The translations under genes were made by a program, and so were the position numbers. From Glaucostegus cemiculus (taxonomy: Eukaryota): 64,000 nucleotides of DNA. Shown here piece after piece: positions 40,661 through 51,750 of this stretch. The stretch spans positions 19,034,001 to 19,098,000 of the forward strand of contig CDPCPM010000054.1 of NCBI GenBank assembly GCA_976551045.1, in the 5' to 3' direction. Every line of letters starts with the position of its first letter. Positions within the stretch are counted from its first letter, which is position 1. The notes under the pieces were generated by a model, which was not told where the DNA came from, did no database searches, and saw only the letters and a list, made by a program, of their open reading frames with translations.

Positions 40661-41503
40661 GTATGTATACAGTATACATTATATACTACAGTCATTGTGC
40701 ACCGGTGATGGGGAAATGAATTCTTTAGCAAGTCAATTGGATGGCTCTGTCCTGAGTTGTTGTTGTACCTGTACCCGTCCTGTCAAGTGGAAGTTATTCT
40801 GTCAAGTAGAAATTATTCCATCAAACTCCTGGTTTGTGCCTTAGCGCAGTGGAGACACTTACGGGAATCAAGGCTGAGCTTTCCATCATAAAATTCTGTG
40901 CATTTGGCTTGCATTATAGGTGCAGTATTTTGTAGTTTATCCAATAGACATTCTGATCAAAGGGAATCTCAGCACTTTAATAGTGATTGTTGTGTTGATG
41001 GTAATACCATTGAGCCATTTTTTAGTTAAATATGGTCATTGTTTGGTATTCTTACATTATAAATGTTACCACTTCTCAGGCCAAGCCAGGACAAAGTTCA
41101 AATCTAGTTGTATGAGTACCTAATTTTAGAATTGAACTTTATCAGTTAACAGTCCCACTTCTGATCTTAATAAACAGATTCTCTTTAGAACAGCTGAAAA
41201 TAGTTGGGGTTGGGACACTACCCTAAAGAATGACTGTGTCAGATTCCTGGGGTTGAGATGATTGGCCTCCCACAGTAGAAATGTTATCCTTCATGAATTG
41301 TGAAGCTGAGGATTCCTCCCCCTTGCCCCCTCCACCTCAGGTTTACTGGAGCTCATTGATACTGCCCTTGGCCAAATGTTATCTGCATGTAAGGGGTGGT
41401 TACTCTGACCTCACCTCGGAATACAGGTCACTCTCTTGGATGCAAATCAAATCTATAACTGAGTACTCCTGATGGAATTTGAATGAGTGGATTATTAATA
41501 CCT

Positions 41504-41738
41504 TGTAGCAGCCAGCAGGGTGCGACTTAAAAGAACACGAGGACACGGAGACTCGATCGAGCACGTTTTTAATAACTCACCAAAAGCCGCGCATATCCCG
41601 AACTACAAAAAACATGGCCGGCGGAAGTGACGCCATACTCCCGCCGGAAGTCCCGCCTTCCAGCACTATCGCCGGAACTCGCGCGATTCCCCGCGACGTC
41701 CGACGGCGTTTCAGATCCCGATATCGTGGGTCGCTACA
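41504..41738 (-). repeat. 3' LTR
   Basis: 235 bp with 9 substitutions versus 45523-45757 (manual count). ATTAAA on the minus strand at 41568-41573. Confidence 0.95.
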
Positions 41739-41750
41739 CCACCCCCCCCA
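41739..41750 (-). promoter_or_regulatory. Polypurine tract
   Basis: G-run ending GGTGG on the minus strand immediately before the 3' LTR. Confidence 0.8.
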
Positions 41751-44700
41751 GAAACGCCCAGCGGAGGCGCGGGGCCATCAACCCGATCGCCCAGCTTGGG
41801 AGGCCTACCCTGCCGGCGTGGCAAAGGCACCCTGACTGGGTGTGCAATGTCCAGATGCGCCGGCTTCAGGCGGTCCACTGTGAAAGTCTGCTCATGACCC
41901 CCAACCTCGATGACATATCTTGAACCACTGCGCCGGACCACCCAGAAAGGCCCCTCATACGGCTTCTGCAGGGGTGACCCATGTGCCCCCCGGCGGATGA
42001 AAACGTACTCACAGCCCTGGAGGTCCTTCAGAATGAAAGAAGGCGCTGTGCCGTGCCTGGAGGCCGGGATCGGTGCCAAGGTCCCCACCTTGGCCCGCAG
42101 CTTCGCTAACACTTCTGACGGGGTCCCTGCTGGGTCCTGAGCCCCTGGTACGAACTCGCCCGGTACCGTGAGGGGGGAACCGTAGACCAGCTCGGCTGAG
42201 GAGGTGCCCAAATCTTCCTTGGGGGCCGTACGGATGCCCAGCAGGACCCAGGGGAGCTCGTCTGTCCAGTTAGGTCCCTGCATGCGAGCCATCAGGGCGG
42301 ACTTGAGATGCCGGTGGAAACGCTCCACCAAACCATTGGCCTGCGGGTGGTATGCCGTGGTGTGATGCAGGTGGGAACCCAGGAGCTGCGCCAGTGCCGT
42401 CCACAAGCCGGACATGAACTGCGCCCCTCGGTCGGAGGTAACGTCCGCTGGGAGGCCAAACCGGGCAATCCAGTGGGCAATGAGGGCTCTGGCACAGGAC
42501 GCGGTGGACGTGTCTGCCAGCGGCACTGCCTCTGGCCACCTGGTGAACCTATCCACCACAGTGAAAATGTACCTGGCGCCCCGGGAAACTGGCAGTGGTC
42601 CAACGATGTCCAAGTGAATGTGCTGGAACCTGCCAAGCGTTGGCTGAAAATGCTGGAGGGGAGCCTTCACGTGCAGCTGGACCTTGGCTGTCTGACACTG
42701 CACGCAGGTTCTGGCCCAGTGCCCCACCTGCTTGCGTAGACCATGCCATACGAATTTTTCTGCCACCATCCTGATAGTCGCCCTGATGGACGGGTGGGCC
42801 AGGCTATGCAGGGCATCGAAAACCTGTTGTCTCCACGCTGCTGGCACCACCGGCCGGGGTCTGCCAGTAGACGTGTCACACAGTAGCCGGATCGCCGTAG
42901 GACCAACAGGAACATCTTCCAGCCGGAGTCCCGAGAGCACGGTGCAGTATGCTGGGATCTCGTCGTCTGCCTGCTGCGCTTACGCCAGCGCCGTGTAGTC
43001 GACGCCTGTGGCTGGGGTGGTCGCTGAATGAATGTGGGGGCGGGACAGCGTGTTGGCGACCACATTGCTCTTCCCAGCGATGTGGCGGATGTCGGTGGTA
43101 AACTCTGAAATGAAGGAGAGGTGCCGTTGCTGCCGAGCTGACCACGGGTCCAACGTCTTTGCCAGGGCAAATGTGAGTGGCTTGCGGTCCGTGTAGATGG
43201 TAAAGTACCTCCCCTCAAGGAAATAACAGAAATGGCGGACAGCCAGGTGAAGAGCCAGCAGCTCCCTATCAAAAACGCTGTACCTGACCTCTGGCGGCCA
43301 CAAATGTCGGCTGAAAAAAGCGAGCAGTCTCCACTGGCCTTCAACGAGTTGTTCCAAGACCCCACCGACCGCCGTGTCGGAAGCATCGACAGTGAGCGCT
43401 GTGGGGACGTCGACTCTTGGGTGCACCAGAAGTGTTGCCGTGGCCAGTGCCTCCTTAGCCTGATCGAAAGCTACCGAGGCCTCCGCGTCCCAAACAACAT
43501 CCTTGGCCTTGCCGGCCATGAGTCCAAACAAGGGCCGCATGATGCGTGCTGCTGAGGGCACAAAACGGTTGTAGAAGTTCACCATTCCCACAAATTCTTG
43601 CAGGACCTTGACCGTGTAGGGCTTGGGAAATTGGAGGACGGCCTGCACCTTGTCGGGTAGCAGGGCGGCGCCATGCTGGTTCACCCTGTGGCCCAAGAAG
43701 TCGATCTCCCGCAGCCCGAACTGGCACTTCGCCAAGTTGATCACCACCCCGTGGTCGCTCAGGCGCTGGCAGAGCTGATGGAGATGGGCTGAGTGCTCCT
43801 TGCACGACTTGCTGACTACCAGGATGTCATCCAGGTACACAAAAGTGAAATCGAGGCCTCTGCTCACCGAGTCCATTAGCCGTTGAAAAGTCTGGGCAGC
43901 GTTCTTTAGGCCGAAAGGCATTTGGAGGAACTCGAACAGCCCAAAGGGGGTGATGAGGGCTGTTTTGAGCACGTCATCGGGGTGAACAGGGATCTGATGG
44001 TATCCCCAGACCAGGTCAGTCCGAGAGAAAATGGTCGCCCCATGGAGGTTCGCTGTGAAGTCCTGGATGTGGGGCACAGGGTACCTGTCGGCAGTCGTGG
44101 CATCATTGAGCCTCCTGTAGTCTCCGCAGGGTCTCCAGCCCCCCGCTGCTTTGGGCACCATGTGGAGTGGGGATGCCCATGGGCTGTCGGAACGGCGGAT
44201 GATGCCCAACTCCTCCATCCTGTGAAACTCCTCCTTGGCGAGGCGGAGCTTGTCGGGCGGGAGCCTGCGGGCACGGGCCTGTAGCGGAAGTCCCTGTGTG
44301 GTGATGTAGTGCTGCACGCCGTGCTTGGGGACTGCAGCGGAGAATTGCGGGGTGATAATGGAAGGAAACTCTGCCAACACCTTAGCAAACTCGTTGTTGG
44401 AGAGTGCAACAGAGTCAAGGTGGGGGGCAGGTGACCGGGCCTTCCCGAGCTGGTAGCTTTGGAAAGTCTCAGCATGGACCAGACGCCGGCCCTTCAGATC
44501 GACCAGCAAGCGGTTGGCGCACAGGAAATCCGCCCCTAGCAGTGGCTGCTACAGTGAAAGTCCAGGTAAACGAACTGGTCCCAAAACGTAACGGGATGGT
44601 GCGCAGGCCGTAGGTGCGGATGGTAAAGCCGTTCGCAGCGGTGAGTTCAGGGCCTTTGACCGCGTTGTGGGTATTCATGTTGGAGGGGGGAAGGACGCTG

Positions 44701-44773
44701 GTTTCGGCCCCCGTATCCACCAGGAAACACAGCCCAGTGAGCCGGTCCCAAAGGAAGAGTAGGCTGTCTCGCT

Positions 44774-44819
44774 GGCCAGCCATCGAAGCCACTAACGACG
44801 GCCGGCCTTGGCATTTCCC
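44774..44819 (-). promoter_or_regulatory. -1 programmed ribosomal frameshift signal at the gag/pol junction
   Basis: G GGA AAT in the gag frame (44813-44819), a 5-nt spacer and a 12-bp stem-loop. The protease frame is -1 relative to gag. Confidence 0.8.
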
Positions 44820-45484
44820 GGGAAAGAACACAGTGGCTGGCAGTAGCGCGCATTCGTCCCCCACCTCTTGTGGTAGAAACACCACTGCCCTGGGCCTTTG
44901 TCTTTGTCCTCTGTGGGCCCTGACGGTTTGGGTTTCGGAACCTTAGCCGGAGGCTGCGAGGCCGCCGCTACGCAGGCGGAGGCCACTCCTCGCCGCCGAC
45001 TGCACCAAATGACATCTGCTGTGGCCGCGAGGGCACGCGGGTTGCTGAAATCTCCGTCGGCGAGGAGGGGGCGCATATCATCCGGGAGTTGCTCAAGGAA
45101 TAGCTGTCAGAACAGGAAACATGGCTGATGGTCGTCCATGAGTGCCAGCATCTCGTCCATCAACTCGGAGGGCTTGCGGTCGCCTAGGTCGTCCATATGG
45201 AGGAGCCTCGTGGCTCGGTCGCTGAGGGAAAGGCCGAACGTGCGGATGAGGAGAGCCTTGATTCGGGCGTACCTGTCCTCCATCGGTGGCTGGCGTAGGA
45301 AATCGATGATGTGACCGGCCATGTCCTGGTCGAGGGCGCTGACCACGTAGTAATACTTCGTGGCGTCAGCTTCGATGCCCCTGACGCTGAACTGGGCCTC
45401 CGCCTGTTCAAACCAGACTTGAGGCTGCGAGGTCCAGAAAACCGGGAGCTTGAGTGCCACGGCGTTGTGGGAGTCAGTATTCAT
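44792..45484 (-). pseudogene. gag: Gypsy gag with CHCC-type zinc knuckle and one premature stop
   Basis: ORFs 45107..45484 and 44792..45076 are in the same frame, separated by TGA at 45107-45109. KLPVFWTSQPQVWFEQAEAQF at the N-terminus; CFYHKRWGTNARYCQPLC near the C-terminus. Confidence 0.88.
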
Positions 45485-45506
45485 GATTCCAGATGCTGTC
45501 TGGAAT

Positions 45507-45520
45507 CGTCGGGGTCACCA
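45507..45520 (-). promoter_or_regulatory. Primer binding site complementary to tRNA-Trp
   Basis: TGGTGACCCCGACG two bases inside the 5' LTR boundary, complementary to the 3' end of vertebrate tRNA-Trp (...CGTCGGGGTCACCA). Confidence 0.88.
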
Positions 45521-45522
45521 AA

Positions 45523-45757
45523 TGTAGCAGCCAGCAGGGTGCGACTTAAAAGAACACGAGGACATGGAGACTCGATCGAGCACGTTTTTAATAACTCACC
45601 AAAAGCCGCGCATATCCCGAACTACAAAAAACATGGCCGGCGGAAGTGATGTCATACTCCAGCCGGAAGTCCCGCCTTCCAGCACTATCGCGGGAACTTG
45701 CGCGTTTCCCCGCGACGGCCGACGGCGTTTCAGATCCCGATATCGTGAGTCGCTACA
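45523..45757 (-). repeat. 5' LTR
   Basis: Direct repeat of 41504-41738, followed on the minus strand by the PBS and gag. Confidence 0.95.
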
Positions 45758-47571
45758 ACCTATCACTTAATGGCTCTTTCCTGTGATGACCTCATGATGA
45801 TTAATATGAAGTATAAATTGGCCAGCCTATTTTTCATAAACTGGACATATCTGGACAATGTTCCATATTGTCAGGTAGGTTGTGCTATTATAGATGTACT
45901 GGACAGGTTGGATAGGTACGTGTCGGGTCCTGGAGAATATGCCTTTATCACAACAGTTGTCTGGACTGGTGGCCTTTGTATGTGAAGAGCAGTCTGTCAT
46001 CATCATTGAGATTGAATCAGTTTTGTACTCTTCTTTCTGATTTGTTTGTCCAGATCTCTGGATCACTACCCTAACTATCACAGTATTATTGCTATGGGGT
46101 GCCAGCTGGGTACTCATTTGTTTTTGTGTAAAATTAAATCAAAGCATTTCTAATCACAAGAAGCAAAGGCATTTCAATCTTATTAACAAACTATTGACTT
46201 AGGTTAACCAGATCATGCACAAAAGGTTTTGCAACTAATTCAAATGATCTTTTAGTTCAAGATAAATTAATAGTAATAGCTTCCTGTCTATTGGGCCACG
46301 TTTCACTGCTTTCACGAAGATACTTGCTGGATGCATGCATTGTATTAAGGAAATTGGATTAAGCTTCCTGGCCTCAGGCTCTAACCCAACACATGACTAA
46401 TCTTGCCTCAACCACCTGTCTATCCTTATTTGTCATCATGTAGAAACAAGTAATATATACATCTTTGTACAGAAGTTAATGCATTGAAGAATAAATGATA
46501 AACTGAGTTGAACTAAAATACACTTGGAGCATCTGCTGCATACAGCCCAAAATTTCATGTAGTAGGAAATGTGGGTCATTTTCATGCAATACAGCTCTGT
46601 AGTGGACATTTATCTAGATATGACCATTATACTGTAGACTGCATTGCCTGAGGGCTGCCTAGTCTGGGATGTTTCAAGTAACCTATTTGTCAACCATTTG
46701 GATTAACTGGGCCTTCCCCCCCTAAAAGGAGGAAATTGCAGCATGCAATAAACCCATGTCTGTTTAATGCATTACAGATAGCCTATTGAATTGATATTTT
46801 AAATCATTGCTGTATTCTTGACAGTATGTCCCCTTCATGCATGAGCTTTGCTTCATTTATGTGATACCAAACTAATCATTATTTCAAATGATTTCTTCAG
46901 TTAAGACTGAGTTTCTGGGTTGCTTATTAGCATCTCAGAAAATCTTTTTGGGCTGTGTGTCACTAGGAGCCTGTCAGTCATATATAATATTATAATGAGC
47001 AACCTGTTCTGTCTGTTATTTGTAACTTCACTTGCTGTACCTAGGAACAAGAGTAGATTTATAAATAGTTATTCTTCATTTCTTAACTCTCTGAGCTGGG
47101 CTTTCAGTAGATGAAACTTGGTGTTCCTCATTGAATTACCTCACTCTGCGGGAATCATGCTCAGTTAAAATCTGTGCTGTATTTCCCAATAATTAAGTCA
47201 ATGTTTCAACTTAAGTAGATTATATCAATTCCATGCAGAATGTAACCTTAATATGTTGCTCAAAATTCCAGAATTATTTTACATTTGCCATTAAATTTAC
47301 CTAGGCTCTTTTAGACTTAATGGAAGCCAAGCAAGATTTACATTTGAAACTAAAATACAGCTTATTTGTACCTGCACATTTAAATTAGAATGGAGGTTGA
47401 AGAGCTACACAATTATGTGGTTTACACATTTCTGAGGTTTCTTGATCCCAGTTCAAACGGATGCGTATGGTTGCCAACACTGGCATGTTGCTGCGATGTC
47501 TAGGCTTTTTTAAACAGTATTAAAAATACAACAAAAATCTTATGTCACTCAGTATGACTTCAGGAAATAGG

Positions 47572-47577
47572 TTTATT
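47572..47577 (-). terminator. Candidate polyadenylation signal of LURAP1L
   Basis: AATAAA on the minus strand followed about 35 nt later by a GU/U-rich tract (ttttgttgtattttt). Alternatives at 47626-47631 and 48045-48050. Confidence 0.35.
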
Positions 47578-48744
47578 GCTTTCATCAGTGTTTAATTTTA
47601 TATTCCACAACAAAAAGAAAATATCTTTATTATCTGATTTTATATTGAGTTGTAATGAAAACCTTTCCCATGTCTTACTTTAAATGATTTTAATAAATTA
47701 TACCAATCGGTGCATCTCTTTCAAATATGTTTTCCTTTCCACTTACAAAAACCTGAAGGAAAACTGTAGTACAAACTTAAACTAGCTATTTCTTAAAAAG
47801 ATAGGAAGCAGTTTGCTTTGGGTACAACTGGAAAACTGCATTTAAAATGCACTTGAAATTGCACTGATTAGATTATAGTTCAAGCTTCTACCAATATCCA
47901 TCGGCATGGAAACATGAGGTGGGACAACTGCACAGTGTAACAAAACGTAATTGTTTCTGTTTTTATCTCATTTCAATTAAAGTGTCTTTTTTCCGATGTG
48001 TTTAAGATTAGCAACCTGGCATAGTTTCATTAACTCTGGGATAATTTATTAATTATTCCTAAAAATAAGCATTTTAAAGTCTTTTGTCCACCACCTATAA
48101 GTCATATGATTTAAAATCATTGAAAATGGCTTTAAAAAACTATACTGAACAATTTAATAATTTTGACTATTGAACCATTTAATAGATTTACATTAGTCAA
48201 TTTGATTTCTTATATAGAAAAAAATCTTTTAAAATAGATTGCACCACAAAACCATGGCTGAAATTACTAAAGCCTTCCTTGATCCTGCAGAATTGTGCTA
48301 ATTAATTCAGGTTAAATGGCCAGTTTTCTGACTGAGTTTCATCTGGGCAAAGTGAATCTTGAACACAAGTGAAAGATCAACAGTTAAATTGAAGTTAGTG
48401 GTTTTGGGTGTAACCCCTATATCAAAACACCTTGATCTTTTGCACCGGTTGGGCTGATTCTACCCAGTCCAGGTTGTCATTATGAACAGAAACTTTACCC
48501 TAATATTTCAAAATACTCCTGATCGCATTGTCCCTTGCACTGAAATTTACCATGGCAACAGAATCTCAATGTAGTGAATTCTGATTATGGACTGCATTGT
48601 AATATAGGCAATATCAGATTAGACATCCAATATACATTTCCCCTGTCTAATCTATATCGACCATTTCACATTATTAACCAAAGTCAGAATTAAACTCAAT
48701 AACACAGATAATGCAGAGACATTATTTGCTTGGTCTCATGTAAC

Positions 48745-49134
48745 TTATCCAAAATAATAATATCCGTCATCAGAGTCATCTTTGGATTCCTTGTTGATAG
48801 TTTCATTTTTAAGTGAATCTGTTGTCAAATGTTCATCCGAGAAAGGATCTAGGTCTGAGGGTGTACAGTGACCTGGCAGGTCATCACCCAGTGTGTCCAG
48901 GTAACTCCCCACGGAAATTGAGTCAAGTCCATCACCACACTCTTGTAAGCTGTTCCAACTGCCTCGCAGTGAAGTGTTCTGGCTTTCCATCAAGCTGTAG
49001 GTACTACTTGCCAAACTGCTGCCCCTGCTGGCCAATGTGCCCTTCTCCTCCATCATCCATTTGATGGATTCAATACCTTCATTGATGGTGAGTAACTGAT
49101 GCATCAATTTGACATCAATTGCCCTGAGACAAGC
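48745..49134 (-). CDS. LURAP1L: Leucine rich adaptor protein 1-like, terminal coding exon (130 codons including stop)
   Basis: The acceptor ctaatttgcttttctctaccctAG is followed by ACLRAIDVKLMHQLLTINEGIESIKWMMEEKG...SRGSSL...SISVGSYLDTL...TPSDLD...YYYFG*. This matches the LURAP1L C-terminal exon, including the YYxFG end that LURAP1 lacks. Confidence 0.9.
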   Translation of the reverse strand, partial: ACLRAIDVKLMHQLLTINEGIESIKWMMEEKGTLASRGSSLASSTYSLMESQNTSLRGSWNSLQECGDGLDSISVGSYLDTLGDDLPGHCTPSDLDPFSDEHLTTDSLKNETINKESKDDSDDGYYYFG

Positions 49135-49834
49135 CTAGGGTAGAGAAAAGCAAATTAGCCACTTCACACAAACTAAATGTCATTTAGTACACAGGCTTGA
49201 GATTCTTCTTAACTGAACCTGACATAATGTGTAACAGTTCTGATGTGACATTTTCATTTTTGAAAGCATCATGTTTGAACTTTGGCCTCTATTCTGGTAT
49301 TTTGGCGTCAGTTTTCATAACAAGCACCACTGGAAACAGGACATTTTCAATCAATTATTCATAGGAATCTGACTTTATTTATATTCCCAGGGTCCATCTT
49401 GAGTACTACAAATTTTCCATAGAGTTTGTATTTCAAGTAGTATGTGACTGAAAAATGTGTGCATCTGCTGAATGACATCTTCACTTTGAAGCTAACATCT
49501 GTTCACTGGTTGAATGGAGAAAACTTGGGGTGAAATTTGAGTTCACCAACTCTATAAACACATGATAGGAATAGTTTGTTTTAGAGTGAATTGGCTGGAC
49601 TGCCCGACATCAGCATTCTGGTGGTGCAATCATTTAGCTTGCAGTGTTAATGATTGCGCTGATCTTTGCTGTCATTTAAACACAGCTCACTCTTGACCAT
49701 TGACAAGACAAAAATATGGGCCACTGCTGGCCACCACATTAAATCACTGTTCCTTTACATACTGGTTACCCTCTATTCTGAGCAGTCTGCTACAGCCAGA
49801 CTGCTGTACACTGTTACCTCTCCAACATAAGGGA

Positions 49835-50170
49835 AAACTGGTACATCAGAGCTGCTGCCTTACACCACTAGAGACCTGGGTTCAATCCTGACCTTAGGTG
49901 CTGTCTGTGTGGAGTTTGCACGTTCTTCCTGTGACCACCTTGGTTACTTCTGGATTCCTCCCACATCCCAAAGATGTGCAGGTTGGTAGGTTAAATGGCT
50001 AATGTAAAATGTCCATAGTGTGCAGATGTGTAGTAGAATTGGGGAGATGTTGTTGAGATTGTGGAGAGGATAAAAAATGGGATTAATATAGGATTAGTGC
50101 AAGTAGGTGGATGATGGTCAGTGCAAACTCAGTAGGTCGAAGGGCCTGTTTCCATACTGTATCTCTACAT
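49835..50170 (+). mobile_element. HE1-like V-SINE with CR1-type tail
   Basis: gggttcaatcctgacc...gtgtggagtttgcacgttc...ccaaagatgtgcaggtt...gaagggcctgtttcc. Confidence 0.75.
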
Positions 50171-50289
50171 TACTCACTATCACCATTTCTTTATTGTCAC
50201 TGAGTCAAAATCTGAGAAATCCCTGCTCAACATCAATGCGGAAACACCCTCATCACATAGAATATAATGGATCCATCATCTGTCTAATA

Positions 50290-50585
50290 GGAGAGGGCAT
50301 GCACTTAAGGTGAGACGGGTTAGTTCAAAGAAGGTATGCGGGGCAAGTTTTTTTTTACACAGAGAGTGGTGGGTGCCTGGAATGCACTGCCAAGGGTGGT
50401 TGTGGAGGCAGATAGAGTAGAGGCGTTTAAGAGGCTCTTAGAGAAGCACATGAATGTGCGGAGAATGGAGAGATATGAACTCTGTGCAGACAGAACAGAC
50501 TAGTTTAATTACGTGTCATTAGCTTAATTAGTTCAGTACAACATTATGGGCTGAAGGGCCTGTTCCTATGCTGTACTGTTCTGTG
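50290..50585 (+). mobile_element. CR1-type LINE 3' end
   Basis: cacagagagtggtgggtgcctggaatgcactgcca...gggctgaagggcctgttcctatgctgtactgttc. Confidence 0.75.
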
Positions 50586-50719
50586 TTTTCTCTCAAAGGG
50601 ACAGTTAAGTATGCAGTCATTGCTGTCCTTGCTTGTCATGTAGACATACCTTGAATGATTAAAGATATGTTAGGATGTGCAAATGGTCAACTACAAAATG
50701 TGGATAACCTTACAACTTT

Positions 50720-50963
50720 GGGCGGCACAATAGCGTAGCAGTTAACACGATGCTGTTACAGCGCCAGTGATCGGGGTTCAATTCCCGTCACTGACTGTAA
50801 GGAGTTTATATGTTCTCCCGTGTCTGCGTGGGTTTCCTCCGGGTGCTCCGGTTTCCTCCTACATTCTAAAAGACGCACGGGTAGGTTAATTTGGGGTTTA
50901 AAATGGGCGGCGCGGACTCGTTGGGCCGAAAGGGCCTGTTACCACGCTGTAAATAAAAAAAAA
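50720..50963 (+). mobile_element. Young short V-SINE (tRNA head, V-domain, poly-A tail)
   Basis: gggcggcacaatagcgtagcag...ggttcaattccc...gtgggtttcctccgggtgctccggtttcctcc...gggccgaaagggcctgtt...aaataaaaaaaaa. Confidence 0.85.
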
Positions 50964-51494
50964 TTTAAACTTAGCGTAATAAAAATAATATTGCTTTTAA
51001 TGCTCTCTTTCCATCAAGTAAGACACACATTTTAAATGATGAAAGGTCCAAATGAATATATTTTGAAATGATTCTATTGTACTTTCTCCAGAAGCTTGAT
51101 GTGCAGTTGAAAATGCTGGATGAGTTAGTTAAAGTTTAACTAGTGTTCCACCTTTTGCTTTTATTGAATTTCACTGACTTTTTATGATAGTATTTGCTTT
51201 TTGCTGGCTTCCCACATTTTTCAGATCACACGATACAGTTTTCCCTTTTTTTGGTGAGATTGCATCACAAGATGTGTGTTGGTCCTGTAGCACATGCAAA
51301 CATAAAACTTGCTGCATATACATGATAAATGCTGCAAAAGGCAAGCCCAGACGAGGCAATGCCCAAGGGAAACTCTTTAAACATGGGCCATGGAAGTGAA
51401 ATTATGACAAAACAGGGCTAAAAGAGTTGAAGGCTGAAAGAAAACTATTAAAGGTGAAACATCTTTAAACCTTTATAAGGTTTAATACCTTTAA

Positions 51495-51750
51495 GACTCT
51501 TGATCACCCCTTGTACGATAAACTTGAACTCTTGATCTCTCAATCTACCTCGTCATGGCCCTTTCACCTTCTACCTGCAGTACACTTTCTCTGTAACTGT
51601 AACACTATATTCTGCATTCTGTTATTGCTTTTCGCTTTGTACTACCTCAATGTACTTCTGTTTGGAATGATCTGTCTAGATGGGATGAAAAACAAAATTT
51701 TTCCACTGAACCTTGATACATGTGACAATAAGAAACAAATTACCAATTAC
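51495..51750 (+). mobile_element. Rex1-like LINE 3' UTR tail
   Basis: Reverse complement of the tails at 11370-11620 and 40280-40520. Confidence 0.55.

Larger units (their letters stand above)
41711..44819 (-). pseudogene. pol: Gypsy pol (protease, reverse transcriptase, RNase H, integrase), disrupted
   Basis: LVDTGAETSVLP protease; [14 protein letters not shown] and YLDD in RT; DASD/RELLA in RNase H; HSLAH..CVQC, D-D-E and GPF motifs in integrase. Lesions: frameshift near 44546 (PLLGADFL is in the next frame) and in-frame TAA at 42980-42982. Confidence 0.93.
41504..45757 (-). mobile_element. Full-length Ty3/Gypsy LTR retrotransposon, CsRn1/Kabuki/Boudicca-like, inactivated
   Basis: Two 235-bp LTRs (TGTAGC...GCTACA), 4-bp TSD ACCT (41500-41503 and 45758-45761), PBS, PPT, gag-PR-RT-RH-IN order, no env. 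Confidence 0.95.

Noticed and set aside
1-41500. Exons of MPDZ or another neighbour expected from human synteny
   Set aside because: No PDZ-like or other host-protein sequence was recognised. Short exons below the ORF-track cutoff cannot be excluded.
41910-45649. Many overlapping alternative-frame and antisense ORFs inside the Gypsy element (up to 239 aa)
   Set aside because: Expected in GC-rich coding DNA with few stop codons. No env or accessory-gene features were seen.
50720-50800. tRNA gene-like A/B boxes (also at about 38130-38203 and 10420-10485)
   Set aside because: These are SINE heads running into a V-domain, with no full cloverleaf.
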